From positions 1 through 64,000 of the forward strand of contig JBGSUI010000246.1 in NCBI GenBank assembly GCA_041736175.1: 64,000 bases of DNA. Direction: 5' to 3'. Source of the stretch: Oligoflexales bacterium (GTDB lineage Bacteria; Bdellovibrionota_B; Oligoflexia; Oligoflexales; CAIYRB01). Positions 9,333 through 18,713 of this stretch are shown here, one piece after another. Each line of letters begins with the position of its first letter. Within the stretch, counting starts at the first letter, position 1. A program made the position numbers and the translations under genes. The notes below the pieces were generated by a model that saw only the letters and a list, made by a program, of their open reading frames with translations, was not told where the DNA came from and ran no database searches.

Positions 9333-10439
9333 CTATTTGAGATAGTCCTGGATCGTCGTATCGCCATCGGTGGCCTTGAAGGGTGCAGCGGAGTTGGAAT
9401 TAAATTTTATGGATCCCTTCCAGTTATTGATGGAAAAATCAAAGAAACCAGAGTTTAAGGCCCTGTCCTCCAAGGTTCCTGTAGCGCTGCGGTATTTTCC
9501 AATCAAAGTACTTGTGACGATATCTCCCGAATTTGATAAATCTTTAGAGGTTAAATAGCCTTGACAATCATCGGCGATGGCTAAAGAGGTTTTTGTGGTG
9601 ATGATCGTACATGGGGAGCCATTGGCCGTCGAAACCGCCCATTTTTTCGACGACTCAATAGTCTCGTTGGGGTCAGCTTTAGTAGCATAAGATACAATGA
9701 TATTTGCACTCGCTTGGTGAGTCGCCACCGATTCCTTGCAGTATTTAAGGAGATTGGTCCCCCGAGTGTCTTTTACGGTTTTACCCACGATGCCAGAAAA
9801 TACCTCGTTTTTGCAGCTGTATTCGAAATTTAAATTAACCTTCACGTCGTACTTAGCAAAATCAGTGCCCGCTTTACAATCGACGGTTTTTGAAACTTCA
9901 AGTTTGATGTTTTTAGCGTTTCCCGTCCAAGTGGTCTTGTCGAGAGTCTCCGTGCAAGCAGGGGAATCTACGCTCGTGATAGGGATATAAGGTAACAAAA
10001 CACTGGCTGCATTGGCAGCAATGGTGGAGTTGGCAAAGGCGGTGCTTAATTTTTGGGTTCCTTTTGGAAAATCCTTCGAAGTATAAAAAGTCGAAGTGCC
10101 TTCGTCTGCCTGCGCTGCAGAGGCTCCACCGGGAGTTGCCCCTGCTTCTTCGCTATCTTCCGGCGCTTCTTCGTCTGCTGCATCCCCAGAACCTGTGGAA
10201 GAACCGTCGGGAGGGGATTTGCCATTTGTGCCTGTTTTATCGTTATCTGCTGCGGCATTTGGTCCATTAGGATTCGCTACAGTACTGTCTGTGCCCGTAG
10301 AGGTCGCTGTGGCTGCCGCAGGATCGTTTTTCTTTTTCTTTTTGTCGTCACCGCATCCTATGGTACCGGTTGCTACCAGTAAGCTAACACTGAAAACTCC
10401 GAACACCCATAGCACTGAGTTGGATTGGTTTTGCTGCAC
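9333..10439 (-). CDS. Hypothetical lipoprotein with acidic low-complexity tether
   Basis: GTG start with AGGAG RBS; TIGC-GDDKKKKK lipoprotein-type N-terminus. Confidence 0.7.
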   Translation of the reverse strand: MQQNQSNSVLWVFGVFSVSLLVATGTIGCGDDKKKKKNDPAAATATSTGTDSTVANPNGPNAAADNDKTGTNGKSPPDGSSTGSGDAADEEAPEDSEEAGATPGGASAAQADEGTSTFYTSKDFPKGTQKLSTAFANSTIAANAASVLLPYIPITSVDSPACTETLDKTTWTGNAKNIKLEVSKTVDCKAGTDFAKYDVKVNLNFEYSCKNEVFSGIVGKTVKDTRGTNLLKYCKESVATHQASANIIVSYATKADPNETIESSKKWAVSTANGSPCTIITTKTSLAIADDCQGYLTSKDLSNSGDIVTSTLIGKYRSATGTLEDRALNSGFFDFSINNWKGSIKFNSNSAAPFKATDGDTTIQDYLK

Positions 10440-10722
10440 AGAAGCTCTCCTTAAAAAACTTTAGGTGTCGAAACGACAGATCGAACGATTTAGATCAAAA
10501 TAAAACGCTGCAAGATTTATGACAGATTTTCTAGGCAATTTTATTAGGTAGTTACCTCAAGATTTTAGGAATTTGCCTAACTTCTAGACAGTTTTTAACT
10601 CCAGATCTTTAACACAGCGATGAAAACACTGTCTTTATAAGAAAAACCTGGACTTTTTTGTGTAAATCTTTTAAAACGCCACTCTTTTGGGACCTTTTTT
10701 ATCTGCTAACGAGGCCACTGCG

Positions 10723-12351
10723 ATGATCAGCACCCAGGGTGTGACCCTATCTTACGGACAGAGAGTCTTATTTCAGGATGTGAGCCTTAAATTTCTGCCA
10801 GGCCATTGTTATGGTTTGATCGGAGCAAACGGCGCGGGGAAATCCACATTTCTAAAGATCCTTTCCGGGGAGATTTCTGCTGATTTTGGCGAAGTGATGA
10901 TCACTCCTGGCCAACGTCTTGCGGTCTTAAAACAAAATCAATTTGAATTTGACTCGGTGGACGTGCTGCAAACGGTCCTGATGGGAAACAAATCCCTCTA
11001 TAAAGTCATCGCCGAACGGGAAAAGCTCTATGCACAGCCAGAGATGACAGAAGAAGATGGTCTGAGAGCTTCCGATCTTGAGACGGAATTTGCAGAGCTT
11101 GGGGGATGGGATGCGGAGGCCCAGGCAGCAGAGATGCTGGGGTCTTTAGGGGTCGATGCCACCGTCCATAGTTTAAAGATGGGAGAGGTTGAGGCAGGTC
11201 TAAAGGTCAGGGTTTTGTTAGCCCAGGCGCTGTTTGGAAACCCCGATATCCTCCTCCTCGACGAACCCACCAACAACCTGGACCTAGCGTCGATCATGTG
11301 GCTTGAGGAGTTTCTGGCGGAGTTTAAAAACACGGTGATCGTCGTGTCTCATGATCGGCACTTTCTGGATAAGGTTTGTACCCATATTGGTGATATCGAT
11401 TTTGGAAAGATAACGATTTATACTGGAAACTATACGTTTTGGTACCAGGCAAGCCAGCTAGCTTTAAAACAGCGACGGGATCAAAACAAAAAATCCGAAG
11501 ACCGCATGAAAGAACTCAAGTCTTTTATTGAGCGGTTTTCGGCCAATGCCTCTAAATCCCGGCAAGCGACCTCTCGTAAAAAGCTCCTTGGCAAACTCTC
11601 ACTGGATGAAATCAAGCCATCCAACCGTAAATACCCTCATATTTTCTTCCAAGAAGAAAGGGAAGCCGGCAAAGACCTCCTCCAGACTCTCGGCTTGACC
11701 CTTATGGCCGAAGGGCAAACACTGATCCGTCATCTTGATTTGTCGGTCACCAAAGGCCAAAAAGTCGCCTTTGTAGGGCGCGACGCCCATTTAGCGACCG
11801 CCTTTTTTCAGGCTATCTGCGGCGAGTGGCCGGAGGTTCAGGGGGAGCTCCGCTGGGGGATCACCACCAACCGCTCTTATTTTCCTAAAGAGAATTCACG
11901 TTATTTTGATACGGAACTCAACCTGATCAACTGGCTTAGACAATGGGCCAAAACCGATGCCGAGCGGGATGAAGAGGCGATCAGGGGTTTTCTCGGTAAA
12001 ATGTTGTTTAGTGGCGAAGAAGCCACAAAAAAAGCAAATGTCTTGTCTGGTGGCGAAAAAGTCCGCTGCATGCTAGCTCGGATGATGATGCAGCGGCCTA
12101 ACGTGATGATTTTAGACGAGCCTACCAACCATCTGGATCTAGAGGCGATCACCGCCCTTAACGAGGGCTTGATTCAGTATAAAGGGACTCTGCTCTTTAC
12201 GTCCCAGGATCGTGAGTTTGTAAATACCGTAGCCACACGGATTGTCGAGCTGACGCCCCATGGATACCTCGACTACGCCATGACCTACGATGAGTACCTG
12301 GAAAGCCCGGTGGTCATGAGGCACCGGGAATCTCTTTCTTCAAAAAAATAG
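10723..12351 (+). CDS. ABC-F family ATP-binding protein (YbiT/YkpA-like)
   Basis: Two ABC domains (GANGAGKST, LLLDEPTNNLD; LSGGE, ILDEPTNHLD) and no TM segments. Start set at ATG 10723. Confidence 0.93.
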   Translation: MISTQGVTLSYGQRVLFQDVSLKFLPGHCYGLIGANGAGKSTFLKILSGEISADFGEVMITPGQRLAVLKQNQFEFDSVDVLQTVLMGNKSLYKVIAEREKLYAQPEMTEEDGLRASDLETEFAELGGWDAEAQAAEMLGSLGVDATVHSLKMGEVEAGLKVRVLLAQALFGNPDILLLDEPTNNLDLASIMWLEEFLAEFKNTVIVVSHDRHFLDKVCTHIGDIDFGKITIYTGNYTFWYQASQLALKQRRDQNKKSEDRMKELKSFIERFSANASKSRQATSRKKLLGKLSLDEIKPSNRKYPHIFFQEEREAGKDLLQTLGLTLMAEGQTLIRHLDLSVTKGQKVAFVGRDAHLATAFFQAICGEWPEVQGELRWGITTNRSYFPKENSRYFDTELNLINWLRQWAKTDAERDEEAIRGFLGKMLFSGEEATKKANVLSGGEKVRCMLARMMMQRPNVMILDEPTNHLDLEAITALNEGLIQYKGTLLFTSQDREFVNTVATRIVELTPHGYLDYAMTYDEYLESPVVMRHRESLSSKK

Positions 12352-12362
12352 CTTTAGGTTCA

Positions 12363-13745
12363 TTACAAGGGGCGAGTGGTCCGTTTTTGTCGGCCCATTG
12401 GAAAGTCTTTTTGGATGTTGATTAAAAGTAGTGCGGCATAGGAAGTGGTTTTATCTGAGGCATTTGTGACTTGGATGTTAGGGTCGGTGCTAGGGACAGG
12501 TGTGGTGCTGAGCGAGCCGGCTTCTGCATAGGCACCAACCCCCAGAGACCAGCCCTGGGCGTAGGGCCGTGTGAGATGGAGTCCCGATCGGAGCGTGTTG
12601 GTCTCTTGGGTGATTCTCGAAATCCCGCGACCTTGACTCCCTCGATAGGCCAGCACATAGTCAATCCGGTCTCCCTGGTTTAGTCTGTGCTCTAAAATGG
12701 TCTGCCAGAGGATTTTTTCAGGAGGTTTGGGCTTAGTGGAGGCGGTCGTCTGAGCAGAGTTATCTGCGGACTTCGGTGGGTCAAGGAGGTAACCAAGACT
12801 TGTAGTACAGGCAAAACGGGTCGGGGCTAGGTAACGATAGGAGATCTCTAGGGAGGCAGGCAGGGTGGTTGTTTCCGGTTTCACCTGAGCCTGGGTGGTG
12901 GAGACGTTTCGGTTGGCGAGGGCTCCTTGGGAGCTATCTTGACCCTTGTAGCGTATGGTTTTCTCGCTTGTAGAAGAGCGGGCGGTGAGGCTGATCAAAG
13001 GTTCGGCAAAAGTGTAGTTATAGGTTAGATTCTGGCTGCCGTTTCCTTGGCGGGATTTGATGGCAGACCAGTCATAGCGAAACCCCAGGGTATAGGTTTC
13101 GTTGATGGTCCACATCAGCCCTGGTTCCAGCTTTGTGGTTTCAAATCGGTCCTTAATCGTGACGATGGGCAGATTGGCATCCACCGGTGTGTCGACCTTT
13201 TTGATCTGAGAATCCGAGGAATAAAATCCCAGGCTCCCGTCCAGGAACCCCGGTAAAAAATTAAAAAACCCCAGAAAACTCGTGCTGGAGCCCGTTGCGG
13301 AAGTCGCTACAAATCGGTCCGTGGTGGTGACTTTTTTAAAATCATAGATTCCACCGAGTCCTGCGGCTGCGAGGGGATAAGTATACTGATAGAGCTGGGA
13401 TGGAGACTGGATGACGGGCGAAAGGATGGCGTTGCGGATCTTTGGCAGGAGTATGATTTTTTGTTTGGTTTTTATCCGTTCATCGGGCTCCACAAGGTCA
13501 ATGACAACGGTTTTTCGCAGGGGATTAAGATTTCGCGGGGTCCCGTAGGTAAAAAAAGTCTCTTTAGCGCTTTGGATTTGTAAGGGGGTTTCGACTTTGA
13601 GCTTAAGATCAGCCATTTCCTCTTGACTGAGGGATAGGATGATCTTTGTTTGGTCGCTATGGATCGATTGGACCACTGCTCCAAAAGTGAGTGGAGCCTT
13701 AACCATAAGGGATAGACACAAAATCCGGATCAATCGATAGGTCAA
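12363..13745 (-). CDS. Hypothetical secreted/outer-membrane protein
   Basis: Signal-like N-terminus; beta-strand-rich 460-aa ORF. Confidence 0.55.
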   Translation of the reverse strand: MTYRLIRILCLSLMVKAPLTFGAVVQSIHSDQTKIILSLSQEEMADLKLKVETPLQIQSAKETFFTYGTPRNLNPLRKTVVIDLVEPDERIKTKQKIILLPKIRNAILSPVIQSPSQLYQYTYPLAAAGLGGIYDFKKVTTTDRFVATSATGSSTSFLGFFNFLPGFLDGSLGFYSSDSQIKKVDTPVDANLPIVTIKDRFETTKLEPGLMWTINETYTLGFRYDWSAIKSRQGNGSQNLTYNYTFAEPLISLTARSSTSEKTIRYKGQDSSQGALANRNVSTTQAQVKPETTTLPASLEISYRYLAPTRFACTTSLGYLLDPPKSADNSAQTTASTKPKPPEKILWQTILEHRLNQGDRIDYVLAYRGSQGRGISRITQETNTLRSGLHLTRPYAQGWSLGVGAYAEAGSLSTTPVPSTDPNIQVTNASDKTTSYAALLLINIQKDFPMGRQKRTTRPL

Positions 13746-13772
13746 GGCTTGTCTCTTTCTCTCCCGTGAATC

Positions 13773-14480
13773 CTAGGGGCCTGGATGGGTGGTTTTTTGG
13801 GAGCTGCCAGCGAGGTCTTTTTGCAAGGTTACCACCGTCTCACGGACGCCGTTGAGGATAAACTGTACAGCGATGGCAGTGAGGACGATGCCCATAATCC
13901 GAGTGAGAATATTGATCCCGGTTTTACCTAAGACTTTGTTTAGATAGCGACTGCCCAGAAGGACGCCGTAGCAGGCTAAGACACAAAGCGCTATGGCCAG
14001 GAGCAGCTCAAAGGTACGGATCCAGGATTGGGCTTCGGAGGCAAACAGGATGACGGTCGAGATAGCACCGGGACCTGCTAGGAGAGGGGTCGTCAGGGGA
14101 AAGACGGTGATATCGTCTCGGTGGAGGCTCTCGTACTGTTCTTCGGAGCTGACTTTTTTCTTTACATGATTGAGTTGGCCCATCCCGACGGTCAGCAAAA
14201 GGAGTCCACCAGCGATCTGAAAGGCCGGCAAGGTGATTCCAAACAACGAAAAAAACTTCATTCCAGAAATTGCAAAAAAAATCAAGATACCCAAAGCATA
14301 AACACATGATTTGCGGATAACGACCATCCTGTCCGCAGTGTCATAGCGCTCGGTAAGAGTCAGAAAGATCGGGATGGCTGCAAACGGGTCGATAATAAAA
14401 AAAATGGTGATGACAGCCGAAGTTAGATAGGCCCACTCATTTTGAAGCCAGGATAGACTAGGCACGGCGGGAGACCTCAT
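13773..14480 (-). CDS. MarC family integral membrane protein
   Basis: IIDPFAAIPIF, AFQIAGGLLL, PLTTPLLAGPGAIS and TRIMGIVL motifs. Confidence 0.93.
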   Translation of the reverse strand: MRSPAVPSLSWLQNEWAYLTSAVITIFFIIDPFAAIPIFLTLTERYDTADRMVVIRKSCVYALGILIFFAISGMKFFSLFGITLPAFQIAGGLLLLTVGMGQLNHVKKKVSSEEQYESLHRDDITVFPLTTPLLAGPGAISTVILFASEAQSWIRTFELLLAIALCVLACYGVLLGSRYLNKVLGKTGINILTRIMGIVLTAIAVQFILNGVRETVVTLQKDLAGSSQKTTHPGP

Positions 14481-14724
14481 GGAAAAGTCTTAGGAGTCTC
14501 ATTTAAAAGTTAGTTGAGCTTTTATTTTACATTATTTTTGGATAAATTTCTCTGGGTCCGGCTGTGGACCTACTTGGCACAGTTCTTGCTGGACTAGACC
14601 TGCCGCTTAGTATTTGGAGAAATGGATCGTTCGCTGAGATCATTCGACTTTGACTTGGGTTCAGGACGATATTTGCTGTGAATGCAATGATCAAATATCG
14701 CCAAGATATAAGACTCAAATATAT

Positions 14725-15525
14725 TTATAAATCTTCATTAACCACGCGATTAGTTTTAGTACAGATAATTCGAGTGTAAATTCCTCCCTGCATGGACTCT
14801 CTTTTTAAGGAATGTTCACAGCCAAGTTGTCGAGCGAGTTTGGTGATCTGTAGGTTGTCCACAAGAGCTAAATCGAGGATGGCCTTACCACCAGGACGCA
14901 GAATGCGCGAAATTTCGGTAATATTTTTGTCCGTAAGGGGTGCCCCTTGCATCATGATCGTTTTAGCAAACTCGTTAGCAAAAGGATATCCATCGTCCCA
15001 ACTTTGTATACGAACGAGGGAAGGGATTAACTCGCTATTTTGCGAATTTTGAGACTGAACATTGACGTTGACCGCGCGGCAGTCGCCACTGTTGATGCCG
15101 TAAAGTGAGAATTTACCTTCGCCCCCTAAGTCCAACGTGAAGTCATAGTTAAGCCAAGATATTTTGCTGCCTGGATGGTCAGGCTTGTTTGCGTAAAAAT
15201 TTCTCACATCGAGTCTCGACACCCGTTTGCCTGGCAGAGCAGGATCACCAGCAAGCGATTTGACGGCGGTCGCCAGGTATTCTGCAAAAGGCGAGGACTG
15301 GATAGTTGCACCCGCCTTTTCGGCGCGGCAGCCAAATAGCGGGAAATTCCTAGCGTCGGCGCTTTCGAGGTCATCCGCACTGTTGCTCACCTCCGCACTT
15401 TGGCTGTTATCGGCACTATATAAATTGGCCGCAGAATTATCATTAGCTGGTTGCTTTTTACAACTTATTAGGCCGATTCCAAATAAACTTAGTCTAATAT
15501 AGAGTTTCTGATTTATGATGTTCAT
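14725..15525 (-). CDS. Lipoprotein with class I SAM-methyltransferase-like domain
   Basis: Lipobox LISC; motif-I-like LDLGGEG and EISRILRPGGKAIL. Confidence 0.55.
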   Translation of the reverse strand: MNIINQKLYIRLSLFGIGLISCKKQPANDNSAANLYSADNSQSAEVSNSADDLESADARNFPLFGCRAEKAGATIQSSPFAEYLATAVKSLAGDPALPGKRVSRLDVRNFYANKPDHPGSKISWLNYDFTLDLGGEGKFSLYGINSGDCRAVNVNVQSQNSQNSELIPSLVRIQSWDDGYPFANEFAKTIMMQGAPLTDKNITEISRILRPGGKAILDLALVDNLQITKLARQLGCEHSLKRESMQGGIYTRIICTKTNRVVNEDL

Positions 15526-15719
15526 GATGCATTTTCCCTTGTGGTTTGTTAAATAGAGACTTGAATGTAGTTAATTTACTCATGCAAAAATTGGACACTT
15601 TCAGAAGTCGGTAAAAACTCTTGAAATAAATGAGGTTTTTTTTGGCGTCATGTTTAAACTTTTAACACTGGGTAAAATTTAACTACCCCAAAACCGAGGA
15701 CGATACGCCGTGGGCTATC

Positions 15720-16433
15720 TCACTCAAACTGTTTAGTGAGTTGGTTTGAAGCAATCACCTGTGCAGCTTGTCGGTCTATCCAAAAATAATCTGGATTTAT
15801 GTCGAAGTCTGGTAATGGTGCGATCATCCTTAAACTAAATCCATCTGAGTTTTGATATCCCACCAGATCAGCCTCCTGGAGGGCATGGCCAAAATGAATC
15901 ACCTGGAGCTGCTGTGGTTGGGCCACCCCCAGGTCTTGGTAAAGACGGATGACGCCGCCCTCGTCAAACATGGTCATCAGCTCTTGGTAGCGGTTGCGGG
16001 CGACACCGTGGGGACGGGCTTGGAGTTGATTGAGGGTGGCCTTGGTTTTAGGAAACCGGCACCACGCGAGCATATTACAGAGATCATGCCAGTTTTGGAG
16101 TCGGGTAGGGATCAACCCAAACTCCAGGACTTGGACCTCGTAGGGGGGCGTTTTATGCCTCTGGGTCCGGCTGCGGGCTTTTGGACCCGTAGGGATACAT
16201 TTTAGAGGGTGACCACGGCTATTGCAAACACCGAAATGGTTAAGAATATTGTTGTAGTCGTCGAGGGTTGGCCAAGATTGATAGACTGAAAAGTCGAGCC
16301 CTAGGCTTTGGACAGCCTTAAGGCGATGGGAGACCTCTAAAAAATCAGGGTTCCAACGATGTTGCTGTGTTTGCTTAGGGAGCGGATTAAGACCGCCCTG
16401 ATGGGGGAACGCCCCACTTGGTTCTGTAATCAA
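15720..16433 (-). CDS. DUF3025-like protein
   Basis: IPTRLQNWHDLCNMLAWCRFPKTKATLN, TMFDEGGVI, FGHALQE. Start uncertain: TTG near 16433 assumed, because the longer ORF overlaps rnhA. Confidence 0.75.
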   Translation of the reverse strand: MITEPSGAFPHQGGLNPLPKQTQQHRWNPDFLEVSHRLKAVQSLGLDFSVYQSWPTLDDYNNILNHFGVCNSRGHPLKCIPTGPKARSRTQRHKTPPYEVQVLEFGLIPTRLQNWHDLCNMLAWCRFPKTKATLNQLQARPHGVARNRYQELMTMFDEGGVIRLYQDLGVAQPQQLQVIHFGHALQEADLVGYQNSDGFSLRMIAPLPDFDINPDYFWIDRQAAQVIASNQLTKQFE

Positions 16434-17211
16434 GCTCTTCTTCCGCTGAGGTGATTTTTTTAAATTTTGCACCTGTCCGCCCCTTGACTCGAGACTCGCA
16501 GTCTTTCCAGGTGGTGTGTTTTTGAAAGATTCGGTCAACAAAACTGATGTAATAGGCGCCGGCTGTTTTTGAAGACGACTTAGCCGACCGAGAAGACCCC
16601 GGAGATTTAGACATATTGTCCGGGTGAACCCCTTGGTGGTTGCCACTGAGGAGGTCAACACTATAGTGTTGCAGAGGACCCTTGTAGAGATCTATTGATT
16701 TCTGTTTAGAAAAAGCAACCGCAATGGCATCAACGCGCTCGTTTCCCGGATTGCCCTGATGGCCACGAACATAGAGCCACTTGATGCTCGGTTTTAGGGT
16801 GGAGGTGAGTTGGTCGAGTTCTTCCCAAAGGTCCTGATTCGCGACGGGTTCCCCTTGGGAGGTGGTCCAGCCCCGGTTTTTCCAGCCGTGGACCCATTGG
16901 GTGATACCTCGGATCACATAGGTGGAATCCGTGTAGAGTTCGATGGTGCGGCTTTGGGTCGCCTCTAAACGGGAAAGGCCTGCAATAGCGGCCAGCATCT
17001 CCATCCGGTTGTTGGTAGTGGCGGGATCAAACCCCCCCATTTCCTCTACATCTCCCTTATGGTCGACGACGACAGTCCCCCAGCCGCCAGGACCGGGATT
17101 CCCTGAACAAGCGCCATCGCAGTAGATGATGCTGGGCTGGTTTTCAGGTTGATTTGGTCTCAAAAAAACTCCTTTTTGGGCTAGCACGTACGGTCGTGAC
17201 CTTGGGCGCAC
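16387..17211 (-). CDS. rnhA: Ribonuclease HI with C-terminal hybrid-binding (Cauli_VI-like) domain
   Basis: YCDGACSGNPGPGGWG, TTNNRME, TDSTYV, VRGHQGNPGNERVD; C-terminal TWKDCESRVKG...AKFKK. Start uncertain. Confidence 0.92.
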   Translation of the reverse strand: MRPRSRPYVLAQKGVFLRPNQPENQPSIIYCDGACSGNPGPGGWGTVVVDHKGDVEEMGGFDPATTNNRMEMLAAIAGLSRLEATQSRTIELYTDSTYVIRGITQWVHGWKNRGWTTSQGEPVANQDLWEELDQLTSTLKPSIKWLYVRGHQGNPGNERVDAIAVAFSKQKSIDLYKGPLQHYSVDLLSGNHQGVHPDNMSKSPGSSRSAKSSSKTAGAYYISFVDRIFQKHTTWKDCESRVKGRTGAKFKKITSAEEELDYRTKWGVPPSGRS

Positions 17212-17485
17212 AGGGAGTTTCTATTAAAAGCTCTCTCCACTTAATTGCAAGGCATTTCTTTGAATTTTAGATTTTTAACTTTTTGTCCAGTTGGAGACTT
17301 TCACCTCCCGACTGGACTTTAGTTGTCGTACTCTTCCTGCTTGCAGTCAGCTGGGCTGGAAAAACTTTTGTCAATTGAACTTAGATTAGTCGCTTCAAGG
17401 TTAAAGACCATTTTGAATTTATGGGGTAAACAGTGGTAAACCAAAAATAGTAAAGAATAATTAAAAAAAGACCATTAAATTAAAA

Positions 17486-17503
17486 ATGGAACATTTTTTG
17501 CTT
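17486..17503 (+). promoter_or_regulatory. sigma54-type promoter
   Basis: ATGGAACATTTTTTGCTT (GG-N10-GC), about 40 nt before the start at 17542. Confidence 0.6.
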
Positions 17504-17541
17504 AATATCTTTCATCATTTGTAACCTTATAGGAGTAAACT

Positions 17542-18549
17542 TTGAATGCTTATTTTCTAAGATTTATTGCGATAGGCTGGGGGCTATTTTTAATTTCCTG
17601 TTTTCCAGAATCATCTAGAACATTTAATGCTTCTGATGTTAGCGCAATAGATGACGAAGTATTTGCATTTGTCAACGATCATAGTGAAGCGCTTCACAAA
17701 GTGGTAGGAGCAATTAAAGAAAAATTTCCACCTAGTGAATATAATTATATATTTGTTGGTCAGTCGCCTACGCCATTTTTGGCTTTGATGGATGGGCTTA
17801 AAAATGTGTTTTCCATACCCATATCTGAATTAAAATCCGATAGTATTATCCAGATTGTTCCGACTAAAAATTGTCTAAAAATCCATGTGTTAAAAAAAAT
17901 ATTCGACCATTTTGATATCTACCTTGGCGCCTTTTTAAGCGATATATCCCAAAAAAAACTGCCTCCTAATATTGTTGTTATTGATTACGTATCAAGTGGT
18001 CGATCTCTAGGATTATTCCTGAAATTAATAAATATGTATATGCGATACAAATACAATGAAATCGCCCCTTTCAAAAAATGGGTTGATTCGGAGTCGCGCT
18101 TTCCCCAGACCGCTTATTTTGTGGTTGGTTACACTGATTTTAATTTAGGAGTAAATATTGAAAAAAATATTCAAGACCAAAACAAGAACTTTGCCGCTAC
18201 GACAGAACAATCGATAAATATGCTCATAGTGGATCCAGGTGAAATCTGGGGAAGTCGAGTCGTTGCGATCAATCTCCAGAAACTCGCTGACCAATTTAAC
18301 TTTCTGAATCAAACGCAGAAGTGGCCAGGCTTTATTTTGCATTTAGCTCAAGACGAATATTTTGATTTGAATAGGCTTCTTTTCAAAGGAGCCTTTGATC
18401 GTTACTCCCCTTATGGTTTATGGCCGCCCTATAGCGCTATCTTGGAAAAAGAAAAGCCTAAGATCAGCAAGAGATTCTTGGAATTCAAGAGTCTATTGCA
18501 AAAAAAATCAGGGTTCCTATGTTGCTTACGACCTAAAGTGGCCTATTAG
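17542..18549 (+). CDS. AT-rich hypothetical lipoprotein with PRTase-like motif
   Basis: AGGAG RBS with TTG start; lipobox LISC; VVIDYVSSGRSL resembles a PRPP-binding loop. Confidence 0.6.
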   Translation: MNAYFLRFIAIGWGLFLISCFPESSRTFNASDVSAIDDEVFAFVNDHSEALHKVVGAIKEKFPPSEYNYIFVGQSPTPFLALMDGLKNVFSIPISELKSDSIIQIVPTKNCLKIHVLKKIFDHFDIYLGAFLSDISQKKLPPNIVVIDYVSSGRSLGLFLKLINMYMRYKYNEIAPFKKWVDSESRFPQTAYFVVGYTDFNLGVNIEKNIQDQNKNFAATTEQSINMLIVDPGEIWGSRVVAINLQKLADQFNFLNQTQKWPGFILHLAQDEYFDLNRLLFKGAFDRYSPYGLWPPYSAILEKEKPKISKRFLEFKSLLQKKSGFLCCLRPKVAY

Positions 18550-18713
18550 GCGACTCTTTTTGTTTGAAAAAGCCATTGCACTCCACATCCGGTCGAGAGT
18601 AACATCTTGCCAACGTTCTTGATACTCCGTCAGAACCTTTGCTCGAGATTTATCTTCGTGGAACTCTTCGCAAACATGGGCTTAACCCGATTAAAAATAT
18701 GAGTGCTTTTTTA

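Noticed and set aside
14550..16173. 15-bp match CTCTGGGTCCGGCTG at 14550 and 16159 as a possible att pair around the methyltransferase islet
   Set aside because: Short, does not extend, and one copy is mid-gene; cannot be distinguished from chance by eye.
16434..16661. Long N-terminal extension of the DUF3025 ORF overlapping rnhA
   Set aside because: The overlap encodes the RNase H tail in another frame; most likely an over-extended ORF call.
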